64,000 nucleotides of DNA from assembly GCA_965261595.1 (NCBI GenBank), contig CBDHDG010000005.1, positions 864,001 to 928,000 on the forward strand. The letters are read 5' to 3'. The notes under the pieces were generated by a model, which ran no database searches, was not told where the DNA came from, and saw only the letters and a list, made by a program, of their open reading frames with translations. Position 1 is the first letter of the stretch, and each line of letters begins with the position of its first letter. Below, one piece after another: positions 41,089 to 50,030 of the stretch. Made by a program: the position numbers and the translations under genes. The DNA comes from a bacterium. Its GTDB lineage: Bacteria; UBA8248; JACPRG01; G963555815.

Positions 41089-42503
41089 CCGGAATTTCCC
41101 ATATCAAATCCGGACAGGCCTGTACCGACCCCTCGTTGCTGTTTAAGTCAATTAGACCTCTCTCTCCCGGACCTGTCAATCCCATTTCAGGTGCCTGAAA
41201 CCCTAATCGGAGCGTTATCCACCATTGAAAATCATGCCACCCCTCCGGGTAGGCGAGCCTTCCCAGCAGGTCATCTGGAAGGGACAGAACATTCACCATT
41301 TTGTCCTCGGGTGGACTGCGCTGAGAGCGGTTAGACAGGTACGGGCCGTAATCGGTTGATTCGGTCCAGGATGATGGCGAACTCTTCCCTGGACACCGCT
41401 ACTTCGGCCAATTGAAAGATGATCTACCGGGCGTGCCGCACAATCCTCCCGCCCATTTTGATGAGCTTGACCTGGAGGCTTCGGAGCGACCAGTGCTTGA
41501 GCCCCCTGGGCAAGGCTAGCCTGCGCAGGAAATTGCCCAGGTTGTACGCCAGGACGAAGAGAAGGAGCCGCACCTGGTTGCACACGAACCGGTGACAGGA
41601 AAGGCGTGTCCAGTTCAGGGCGTACTTGCCTTCCTTGATCCATTGCTCGGCTGTGCCTCGCTGGTTGTAGAAGTGCACGACCCCCTCGGGTCGAGCCGTC
41701 AGGTTCGTGACAATGAATCCGACGCGAGGGAAGAGTTCGCCTGAGTGCCATTCCACCTTCGCCACGACCCGCCGGGAACGGTCCCAGCTTCCAGCCTGAT
41801 ACCGGAAGTCGTAATAGAAGATGATGGGTCTCTTGGGCGGGCGACCGACCGGGCGGGTGAGGAGGAAGTCGATCTCTCGCTGCACCACGTCGTTGGCGGG
41901 AAGGCGGATGGCGTAAAGGAAGCTGTGCGCTTCCAGGCACTCATAGACCTCCGGGCGCGCAAAGGCGGCATCGGCTCGGAAGTAACGGCGAACACCCGCC
42001 CGCTCATACCGGGCCGCGATGGGCGAAAGCAACTCGCGCCAGCCATCGGCGCTGTGCACGTTGCCGGGGCGCAACATCGCCCCTTCGCAGTCCCCGAACT
42101 GGTTAAAGCAAAAAAGAGGGTGATAACAGGTGCAACGAAAGTGGCCGTTGTAGGCCGTACCTTCCTGCTCCCCATGGACGGGGCTTTCCGAGCTGTCCAT
42201 GTCCAGGATGATTCGCTGATGGGGTGAGTGTGCCATGGCCCGGTCCACCCACTCCCGGTTCAGCTCGCTCCGGCCCCTTGAGATTCTCCTCCCTGGTGAG
42301 AACCTCGGTCTCGAACCGGCTCAGGGTGTTGGCGCCCGCCGCCTGCTTCTCAAGCGCTCGGCGGCCGACCACGGCTTGCATCGCGGGGTCCTGGGCCAAC
42401 CGCTCGGCATCGTTGGTGTCTTCATACCCTGCCAAGCGGCTATAGACCGACTGGCGCAATAGCGGCGCCAACTCATGCTGGATGTTCCGGCCATGACGGA
42501 TCT
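41089..42503 (-). mobile_element. IS1380-family element, 5'-truncated by IS3
   Basis: Transposase remnant plus a candidate end CCGGAATTTCCCATAT at 41089-41104. Confidence 0.75.
41331..42503 (-). pseudogene. IS1380-family transposase pseudogene
   Basis: RLAGYEDTND, LDMDSS, CYHPL, RADAAF, YNQRGTAEQWIKEGK, LAYNL; N-terminus missing, frameshift near 42275, internal TAG at 41424. Confidence 0.88.
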
Positions 42504-42545
42504 TGGACTTACCCCGGTTTCGTGGAGAGTTAAGCACTTGGGTTT

Positions 42546-43394
42546 TCAGGGTGTGCGTTGTTGTCTCCTTTCGTAGTTAACGGGTGACAGGTTGTCGATG
42601 GAGGAGTGCCGACGATGCGGGTTGTAGAAGCCCTCGATGAACCCGAACACCTCCATGCGCGCCTCGGCCCGGGTGCGGAAACTGTGGCGAGCGAGGAGCT
42701 CGCACTCCAGCGTGGCGAAAAAGCTCTCACACAGCGCGTTGTCGTAGCAGTCCCCGACCGAACCCATGGAGGGACGCCCGCCCGCCTGCCGGCAGCGCTG
42801 CCCAAAGGCGACCGAGGTGTACTGCGTGCCCTGGTCGGAGTGGTGGATGACGGCCCGGGGACGGCGCTTATACAGCGCCATGTCGAGCGCGTCGAGCACC
42901 AACTCGGCCCGCAGGTGTGTGGCCATCGACCACCCCACGATGCGCCGGCTGAACGCATCGAGCGCCACGGCCAGATACAAAAACCCCGCCCATGTCGGAA
43001 CGTAGGTGATGTCGGCCACCCACAGCCGGTCGGGGGCCTCGGCCGTGAAGTTGCGGTCCACCAGATCAGGGGCCGGCCGCGCCTCCTGCCGGCGCTGCGT
43101 CGTGCGCGCTCCCTTGCGCCGACTGACGCCCGCAAGTCCCGCCCCACGCATCAGCCTGGCGACGCGCTTGCGGCCCACACGCACTCCCTCAGCCTCCAAC
43201 TCGGCATGGACGCGCGGCACGCCGTAAGTCCCCCGAGAACGCTCGTGGATCGCCTGAATGCGTTTGGTGAGCGCCCGATCGGCACACGAGCGGGCACACG
43301 GCGCGCGCCTGCGCCACGCGTAGTAGCCGCTGGAGGAGACGCCCAGCACCCGGCACATGGTGGCGGTCCGATACATGGCCTGGTTCGCCCTCAC
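42546..43394 (-). CDS. IS3-family transposase OrfB (DDE integrase core)
   Basis: WVADITY, HHSDQGTQY, DNALCESFF and YNPHRRHS motifs. Confidence 0.93.
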   Translation of the reverse strand: MRANQAMYRTATMCRVLGVSSSGYYAWRRRAPCARSCADRALTKRIQAIHERSRGTYGVPRVHAELEAEGVRVGRKRVARLMRGAGLAGVSRRKGARTTQRRQEARPAPDLVDRNFTAEAPDRLWVADITYVPTWAGFLYLAVALDAFSRRIVGWSMATHLRAELVLDALDMALYKRRPRAVIHHSDQGTQYTSVAFGQRCRQAGGRPSMGSVGDCYDNALCESFFATLECELLARHSFRTRAEARMEVFGFIEGFYNPHRRHSSIDNLSPVNYERRQQRTP

Positions 43395-43705
43395 GAACCC
43401 GTAGATCCGGACGGGATCGAATCGGTATCCCGAGCAAACCAGGCCGCGGCTTTTGCTAAGATCTCCCGCTCCTGGCGGAGCTGTCGGTTCTCGCGGCGAA
43501 GTCGGCGCAACTCCTCCCGCTCATCGCTCGTGAGCCCGTCTTTGCGACGCCCCTCGTCAACGTCGGCTTGATGGGCCCAGGTGCGGATCGTCTGCGCCGA
43601 GGGCTCGAACTCGTGCGCCAGCGCCTCGGGCGTGCGTCCCGCCCGGACCAACTCTACCATCTGGCAGCGGAACTCCATTGGATAGCGTGGGTGAGTCTGT
43701 GGCAT
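43391..43705 (-). CDS. IS3-family transposase OrfA (HTH)
   Basis: YPMEFR...TIRTW...LRRENRQLRQEREILAKAAAWFA; RBS AAGGAGG. Confidence 0.92.
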   Translation of the reverse strand: MPQTHPRYPMEFRCQMVELVRAGRTPEALAHEFEPSAQTIRTWAHQADVDEGRRKDGLTSDEREELRRLRRENRQLRQEREILAKAAAWFARDTDSIPSGSTGS

Positions 43706-43763
43706 CGTGAACACCTCCTTTACCCCCAAATCATCAGGTGTCCACCAAACCGGGTCAACTCCA

Positions 43764-44045
43764 GGGTGTACTGACGTACAATCTCCTCTATATTTAATTT
43801 GTTAGATGGAACGGCATCATTAGTTAGGGGAAGAATCTTGTTTAAATTCTTAATAGCTGTTTCTACCTTGTTAACTTTTTCGCTAAGTTGTTACGATACT
43901 TGTTTATTACTTCCTCACGTACAACCCATGGAATTTTGAGAGAAAAATCAGAGCGCCCCAGTAGTTTACGAAGTAACGCCACGCTTGTCCCTGTGAATTG
44001 TCCTGCAGCCACAAGGACAGTCGAATCAAGAATTACAACAGGCAT
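43764..44045 (-). pseudogene. PIN-domain (DUF4935-like) protein N-terminal remnant, low GC
   Basis: MPVVILDSTVL...LKIPWVVREEVINKY; RBS AGAGGT; internal stops; cut by the IS3 end. Confidence 0.65.
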
Positions 44046-44107
44046 AACCACCTCTGGGGGTTTTCTGGTCCTTTAAATTTGCGAGCAGTTTTCATCTTGT
44101 AGAAAAA

Positions 44108-44303
44108 GGGGGTCTGGTCTTGAATTATAAGCTTCGGCATGGTTTCCGGTTCTGCGATGTCTTGACCTATCCCATCGAGCACCGAGGCGCGATTACCCAT
44201 GTTACCACCTGAGGAAATGGTCGTCTGGCGATTTACGAGGACAACGAAAATAGTTCCTCATCTCTTGCGACGCTTCAAGCTGACAATTCAAGACCTGACC
44301 CCC
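44108..44303 (+). mobile_element. Miniature IR-bounded element carrying a decayed HUH/Y1 (RAYT-like) transposase 5' end, copy 1
   Basis: GGGGTCTGGTCTTGAATTATAAG ... CTGACAATTCAAGACCTGACCCC; the interior reconstructs to MSRPIRIEHRGAIYHVTTRGNGRLAIY after correcting stops and indels. Confidence 0.75.
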
Positions 44304-44504
44304 ATCACACTCCTCCACCAGCGAAACCCCTCAACCGCTCCAAGAAATTATTCAGGATTGAAGACCTGACCTCCAGGTTCCAGGTTAACCCGCATTTCTC
44401 ACAACATGTTCCGACGCAGAAATGTTTTTTGCCGGAAGACGGATCAATTGGCTATCAGTGGACCGCCCCTGGGTTATTGGACACTCGGGTGAGGGTATTC
44501 GACC

Positions 44505-45413
44505 TCATGCGGCCTCCGCAACTTGAGCGAGTTTTTCCTGCCTTGCCTGGGCCGGCGTTCGGTAGCCGTAGCCCTCGAGAATCCAATGATGGTTGTACAG
44601 GTTCTTGAACTCAAGCAGCGCCCACCGCAGTTCCTCTACGGTGGCGAAAGAGCGCACCCACAGGAGATTCTCCTTCAAGATGCGGATAAACCACTCACAG
44701 TAGCCATTTCCCTCGGGCGCCCGCACGAAGCTGGGCGAACTGGTCATGCCCAGGTAGGTGATCTCCCGCTGAAAGTCATCGGACAGATAGGCGGGGCCGT
44801 GGTCGTGACGAACTTTAAGCCCCTCGGCGACGTCCGCCTCCAAGCCGGCGAAGCGCTCGGCGACCCCCTGCCGGATCGGCTCCAGGGCCTCGAAGCGGTT
44901 GCCGCTCTTGGCCGCATGGATCCCCACGCAGTCCACCGAGCAGTGATCCACCGCCACGAACACCGAGGCCACCCCCTCCTCGGTGGTCACCGTCGTCGTC
45001 ATGTCCGTGCCCCACATTCGGTCGGGCCGCTCGGTGCGGATGGTCCCGTTGTGGGCCTTGGGACCTCGGGGTTTGCCCACCCGGTGGGGGGCCTGAAGCC
45101 CCGCCTCCCGCATCAGGCGACGCACCCGCTCCTTGCTGGTGCGGATGCCCGCGAAGCGCAGCCTCGCCCACACCTTGCGGTAGCCCTCGCCATGGAAGGG
45201 AGAGTCCTCCAGGACCTGCCGGATGTGGCCGAGGAGTTCCGCATCGGTGCACGGGCCCACAGGGCCGCGCTTATTGGGCGTGGGGCGTTCATGAACGGGG
45301 ACCGCCTCTCGCCGCCGTTGCGCGTAGACCGTGGAGCGCGCCAAGCCCCAAAGGGCGCACACCCGCTTCAGGCCGTAGGCTCTGCCCGTGGAGGTGAAGC
45401 GGGCCTGACTCAT
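44505..45413 (-). CDS. IS3-family transposase OrfB (DDE)
   Basis: WGTDMT, RHDHG, PEGNGYCEWFIRILKE and YN motifs; ATGA overlap with orfA. Confidence 0.88.
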   Translation of the reverse strand: MSQARFTSTGRAYGLKRVCALWGLARSTVYAQRRREAVPVHERPTPNKRGPVGPCTDAELLGHIRQVLEDSPFHGEGYRKVWARLRFAGIRTSKERVRRLMREAGLQAPHRVGKPRGPKAHNGTIRTERPDRMWGTDMTTTVTTEEGVASVFVAVDHCSVDCVGIHAAKSGNRFEALEPIRQGVAERFAGLEADVAEGLKVRHDHGPAYLSDDFQREITYLGMTSSPSFVRAPEGNGYCEWFIRILKENLLWVRSFATVEELRWALLEFKNLYNHHWILEGYGYRTPAQARQEKLAQVAEAA

Positions 45414-45796
45414 CGCCTCCACCTCCTGCCGGCTAAAGGGCGGCCGGCCTCCAGGCGGTCGATCTTCTCCCGCAGGACCTCGCCCTCCATCGTGAGTTCG
45501 CCCACCTTGGCCTTGAGCCGGGCGTTCTCCTCGTCCCGCTCATCCGCCGGGCGGGCTTTGAGCGCCGCCTCGCCCGCGCGAAGGAACGCCTCGCGCCAGG
45601 CGGAAAGCCGAGCCGCTGTCGTGCCCAACTCGCGGCAGAGCGTCTCCAGGCTCTCGCCCCGCAAAAGACGCAGGACCGCCTCCCGCTTGCGCTGGCAGGA
45701 GAACCGACCCCGCTCACTGCGATGCCCTGGGGCCTTGGCTCCGTTCGCCCTGCGGGCGCCCTCCGCCAAAGCCCCCTCTTGCTTTTGTTCGTTCAT
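45410..45796 (-). CDS. IS3-family transposase OrfA (HTH)
   Basis: RFSCQRKREAVLRLLRGE...LSAWREAF...LKAKVGELTME. Confidence 0.87.
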   Translation of the reverse strand: MNEQKQEGALAEGARRANGAKAPGHRSERGRFSCQRKREAVLRLLRGESLETLCRELGTTAARLSAWREAFLRAGEAALKARPADERDEENARLKAKVGELTMEGEVLREKIDRLEAGRPLAGRRWRR

Positions 45797-45864
45797 CGCG
45801 ACACCCCTTTCTCCATGAATCATGGATCAATCGAGTGTCCAACAAAACCCTAGAGCGGGGGATC

Positions 45865-45920
45865 AGGGCGCACGCCGTGCGCCCCTTCTACGAGGGCGGG
45901 CGGAGACGGGGACCCGCCCC
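45865..45920. repeat. REP-like palindromes next to the IS end
   Basis: GGGCGCACGCCGTGCGCCC and GGGCGG...CCGCCC stems. Confidence 0.5.
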
Positions 45921-45930
45921 GTCACAGCTG

Positions 45931-46033
45931 CTCTATTCGCTGACGCTGCGCCCTTGCTCGAATCGGGAGGGCACGTAGGGCGGCGCGCCGATGGCATCCA
46001 TGAAGCGCTGCTTGATCGCGGCCGGATTGAACG
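45931..46033 (-). repeat. Displaced duplicate of the 3' end of the ComE-like gene (47386-47488)
   Basis: 103-bp direct repeat with 5 mismatches, including the stop codon. Confidence 0.9.
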
Positions 46034-46040
46034 TGAGTCC

Positions 46041-46205
46041 GGGGTCAGGTCTTGAATTATCAGTTTACGGCTCTGCCCGGTTGAGGATTTTGCTAATCGT
46101 TGTGTAGTGCTCGCCCAGGTGTCTGGCGATTTCCAGCAACCTATACCCATAGCGCAAATGGGCCTCGCGGATGGTCCGGCCTCGTTGTTCCCGATCCTTC
46201 TCCGC
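46041..46205 (-). pseudogene. C-terminal HTH remnant of an HUH/Y1 (RAYT-like) transposase with its end repeat
   Basis: DREQRGRTIREAHLRYGYRLLEIARHLGEHYTTISKIL, stop at 46065, then the repeat GGGGTCAGGTCTTGAATTATCAG at 46041-46063. Confidence 0.65.
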
Positions 46206-46433
46206 GCTCCTGCGGCAGTTTTTGGAGGTGCAGAGCTCAAATAAGATGATCTAATCCCAATTACGTCGAATTGCCTAAAAGGATCTTAGCCCATTTAAGC
46301 CACAATCTATCGTTTCTTCTCAAAATCCGGGAGAGAAATCTCGAATCAGGAATCTATCGGGGCTCGCTACGCTTCAATATCGGATATTCTGGCTCACAAG
46401 CCTTTAACTAGGATATTCCCGCTCAAAGGATGT

Positions 46434-46772
46434 CTACTGAGCGAGTTTCATAAGCAGAGCTGCACACTTTTCAGCAACCTTGCTGTCGGGTTTCTTTTCG
46501 CCGGGCATTGTCGTCCAACTCTGTTTTTCTACATAGTCGTCTCTCTTCCATGATTCTTCTTTCTTAAATCCTTTGAGCTTCTGATCTTTCTCTGAATCCC
46601 GGTTAAACTGCTCGACACAAATCGGTGTCAAGCGGCTAACAACGGCATCTTCGACCATTTTCTGGGCCGTAGCACCCGTAACCCATCCACCCCAAGCAAA
46701 GCCGATGATGGCTATTACAATTGCACCACCCACCGCGCCCCACAAACAAAGTTTGACTTTCATCCCGGACAC
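46434..46772 (-). CDS. Hypothetical membrane-anchored protein
   Basis: N-terminal TM segment GAVGGAIVIAIIGFAWGGWVT, PICV...VAEKCA Cys pair; RBS AGAGGAG; lower GC. Confidence 0.75.
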   Translation of the reverse strand: MSGMKVKLCLWGAVGGAIVIAIIGFAWGGWVTGATAQKMVEDAVVSRLTPICVEQFNRDSEKDQKLKGFKKEESWKRDDYVEKQSWTTMPGEKKPDSKVAEKCAALLMKLAQ

Positions 46773-47169
46773 CTCCTCTAACGGGGATTTCCCACATCAA
46801 ACTGTGATGTTGCCCTTTCGGTCTTCATTCTCGGTAGGGAGTATTGAATCCACTTCCAGAACCCCTGTCAAGAGCTTCTCGAAGCCCCCAACCGGGCGCT
46901 CATCGTCAACACGCTGATTTTACAAGAGAAAGCGCCTTTCGGTCTGTCGAATCTTATGATTTAAATCGGAAATTCGGGTTTTATTTCAGCGCGCCCTCGA
47001 GATGCCTGGGCTGTGTTGGCTCAATGGGCTCAAGGTTCAGGTCGAAATAACGGCTCGGCGCGGCCTGCCGGAGTATGGAGTCAGCTCTCATACGCAACAT
47101 TTTGCAGATTGGCCCCGGGTGTCCGTACGGCACGACGGACGGTAATGGAATCGACCGCGCAGTGAAGAA

Positions 47170-47364
47170 GTGGGTCGGGTCTTGAATGATAAGGTTGGCA
47201 GGGTTTCCAGTTCTGCGATTTCTTGACCTCTCCTCATCGAGTGCGCAGGCGCGATTACCCACGTTAGCTCCAAGGGGAATGTCCGCCCGTGATTTACAAA
47301 GACAACGAAGATCGTCACTCATTTCTTGCAACGCTTCAGACTGACAACTCAAGCCCTGGCCCCC
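47170..47364 (+). mobile_element. Miniature IR-bounded HUH/Y1-derived element, copy 2
   Basis: Collinear with 44108-44303 over its length; ends GGGTCGGGTCTTGAATGATAAG and CTGACAACTCAAGCCCTGGCCCC. Confidence 0.75.
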
Positions 47365-47387
47365 GTCACAGTTCCGGTTACGCCACT

Positions 47388-48014
47388 CTATGCGCTGACG
47401 CTGCGTCCTTGCTCGAATCGGGAGGGCACGTAAGGCGGCGCGCCGATGGCATCCATGAAACGCTGCTTGATCGCGGCCGGGTTGAACGGGAACGGCGGGA
47501 CGACGATTTGGGGATCGGATTCCATGGCCAGGGACAGGAGGGAAGGCCCTCCGCCTTCGATGGCCGAGGAAAAGATTTTCCGGAAATTCTCCGGTGAGCG
47601 TACGTTCTCCGCCCGTTGAAAACCCGTGGACCGGGCGACCCGCGCCAGGTCCAGGGCCTGATGCCCCAGGGGTTGGCCGCCCGATGAGGCGTAAACCCGG
47701 TTGTGAGCGAGGAGGACGGTGAGGTTCTCGGGCGCGAGCGCGCCGATGGTCACCAGCGTCCCGAGATGCATGACGAGCCCGCCGTCCCCCTCGGCGCAAA
47801 CGACCTTCCTGTCGGGGAGCGAAGCCGCGACGCCTACGGCGAGGGGCAGGGCGAGTCCCATGCAATCCTCGACGTAGAAGTTCTCCGGCCGGTCCCGCAG
47901 GCAGGCCCAGAGATAGGAGGCGTTGCCGAGGGAGGTGATGACCAAGGCGTCATCCGGAAGGATCTCCGCCAAGACCCTGTAATAGTCTTCCCGGCTCGGG
48001 AGGGAAGCGCTCAC
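47388..48014 (-). CDS. TPP-dependent decarboxylase beta subunit (sulfopyruvate/phosphonopyruvate decarboxylase ComE-like)
   Basis: DRPENFY...MGLA, EGDGG...HNRVYASSGGQ; GTGA overlap with the alpha subunit. Confidence 0.85.
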   Translation of the reverse strand: MSASLPSREDYYRVLAEILPDDALVITSLGNASYLWACLRDRPENFYVEDCMGLALPLAVGVAASLPDRKVVCAEGDGGLVMHLGTLVTIGALAPENLTVLLAHNRVYASSGGQPLGHQALDLARVARSTGFQRAENVRSPENFRKIFSSAIEGGGPSLLSLAMESDPQIVVPPFPFNPAAIKQRFMDAIGAPPYVPSRFEQGRSVSA

Positions 48015-48526
48015 CAGGAGATGTCCTCCTTCGCGAGGAGCAGGACGAAGGGGACGGAAGCCTCCTCCGCGTTGAGGGCCGCGCGCTCGACCTGGGGACC
48101 GATGGCCTCCCCAGGCTCCGCCAGGGCGTACCGGACGCCTAATCCCTGAGCCACGGGCTCGGTCACCCTGCCTTTCGGGATGTGGTAAACAATCGGGTCC
48201 CGCGTTGAGCCCCGGTAGGAGCAAAGGACGAGGATGGGAAACTCATAGCGCTGCGCCAGGGAGACCATTCCCGCCCCCATCGTGAGAAGCCCGACGTTCT
48301 GAATGAGGAGAACCGTTCGTTTGCCGGTCAATCGCGCCCCGCATGCGATGGCCATGGCCTCCTCTTCGTGGGTGGCGCGAATGAGAAGGAAGTCCGGGTC
48401 GCGCTCCATTTCCTCCAGAATCCCGCCCAGCCAACTGTCCGGGACGCACACGGCCACCTGGAAATTGAGACGCTTCAGGGTGTCGAGCACCTCTGAGGGC
48501 CGATGCACGGTTGATGGGTTATTCAC
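48011..48526 (-). CDS. TPP-dependent decarboxylase alpha subunit (ComD-like)
   Basis: CVPDSWL, THEEEAMAIACGA, IQNVG and SYRG motifs. Confidence 0.85.
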   Translation of the reverse strand: MNNPSTVHRPSEVLDTLKRLNFQVAVCVPDSWLGGILEEMERDPDFLLIRATHEEEAMAIACGARLTGKRTVLLIQNVGLLTMGAGMVSLAQRYEFPILVLCSYRGSTRDPIVYHIPKGRVTEPVAQGLGVRYALAEPGEAIGPQVERAALNAEEASVPFVLLLAKEDISW

Positions 48527-48543
48527 GTGGAAGCCTTTGTTTC

Positions 48544-48605
48544 GGGAGGGCGGGCATCCCGCCCGCCGCGGCCTGGAGGGTCACCGACCCGCGCCCGGCC
48601 TACCC
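48544..48605. repeat. Inverted REP-like pair (one degenerate)
   Basis: GGGAGGGCGGGCATCCCGCCCGCC ... GCCCGGCCTACCC. Confidence 0.55.
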
Positions 48606-49167
48606 ATAGGAACATGAAGCCCGGGGCAAACTTCTTTGCGAACTTCGGTCGGTGGACCTCTCACCGGAGAACGCGATTTCCGGAAACGGAAGTGGTCGTC
48701 CAAGCATTCCCGGATGATCATATTCAGCCAATCTGTTGTCCTCCTCCGCCACCAAACCGCCGTAGTATACCACTGATTCAGGGCCTATTCGCCGAACTGT
48801 GCGCTCAATCAAGAAGTTGGGGCTGAAGGGGGGAAGGGAGGGGGAGGGGGAGGGGGGGGGGGACAGCCGGAATTTCTCACAACCCTTATGTTTCTCGGCG
48901 CTGGCGGCTGGGGGTCACCCGACCCGCGCGACACCGCGATTGAATGTGCACTTCAGTGAATGACAGTGTGTTGCGGCCTTGTTGTTTTGTTCGTTTCCGC
49001 CAATCGGTTGATCAAAAACGGGTAGTCAGAATGAAACGAGGCCGGCATCTCGTTTTTGTGAGAAAAGCGGATAAGGGGCAGAGAGGTAAGGTCGCGCATA
49101 AACCAGCATAAAGCCGCACAGGCGCCGAAGACTTACCCTCCCCGGTAAGACGCGTTGCGCCCTGTCA

Positions 49168-50001
49168 CTACCTTCGGATTGGGATTCTTGCCCTTTCAAA
49201 AGCCCGCCGCAGCTTAGGCGCCAAGCGTAACTTCTCCAGTTTCAAAACAGGTTGAAGCTGTCGCCGCCGCTTCAGGCTGTTAAAGGATCTTATATTTATC
49301 CGCGAGGGTATCTTACTGACCTTGAGCTTGAACACTTCCACTTTCAGCCGGTCGATGTCAGTCCGGGTCAGGTTGCCGAGCGGAAATTTGACCGTCAGGA
49401 TGGCATCCGGATTGGGGACCACTTGGTGATAACCCGGACTCTTGCCGTCCGGGTCCACAAACGCCCGCATCGTAAATGGATCATCGACCCCGGCCACGGA
49501 GAGCGCGGTGACGCCTTTACTGATCGCGACAATGTGATTCCCGACAGTGCCTTCGGACTGGCTCAACTCGCCATCGACCACCCTGGCGCCTACAACCGTA
49601 AGCTTCCCCCCAATCATCTGTGTTCGCAGAATGACATGCTTTGCCTTGCTCTTCGCTCTCAAGGGGGTCCGCTTGGGCACCTGGGCCCTCACGGGCCGAT
49701 CCTGAGACTGAACGGCCTTGCCGCGTATTGCGGGCATGAGTTTTAGGCCGCGCTTGACCGCCCGAGACTTCAAGCCGCGCTTGGCCGCCCGAGCCTTCCC
49801 CTAAACGGCCGCACCGACCTTCGGCATGCGCAAGCCGCGTTTCGAAACCGGCCTAACCTTGTTTGTCGCGGGCATGCGTTTCAGTTTTTTCGTCAGAGCG
49901 CTTTCCGGCTTTGCCCCGGTCTGGAATTTCTGGGCCATTCCGACGTCCGCCCAGACTCCAACCAGGACCCACACCACGAAGAAGATAAACAGGTTTTTCA
50001 T
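49168..50001 (-). pseudogene. Secreted Lys/Arg-rich hypothetical protein interrupted by an in-frame TAG
   Basis: Signal peptide MKNLFIFF...MA; ORFs 49801-50001 and 49168-49773 share a frame; KRGL repeats span the stop. Confidence 0.65.
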
Positions 50002-50030
50002 GGCCCGATCGCTCCCGAATTCAAAAGTAT

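Larger units (their letters stand above)
42504..43763 (-). mobile_element. IS3-family insertion sequence (1260 bp)
   Basis: Ends TGGAGTTGACCCGGTTTGGTGGACA (from 43763) and TGGACTTACCCCGGTTTCGTGGAGA (from 42504); orfA and orfB present; no target duplication. Confidence 0.92.
44459..45862 (-). mobile_element. IS3-family insertion sequence (about 1.4 kb) with target duplication
   Basis: Imperfect IRs sharing GGGTT..TTGGACACTCG; TCAG duplicated at 44455-44458 and 45863-45866. Confidence 0.88.
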
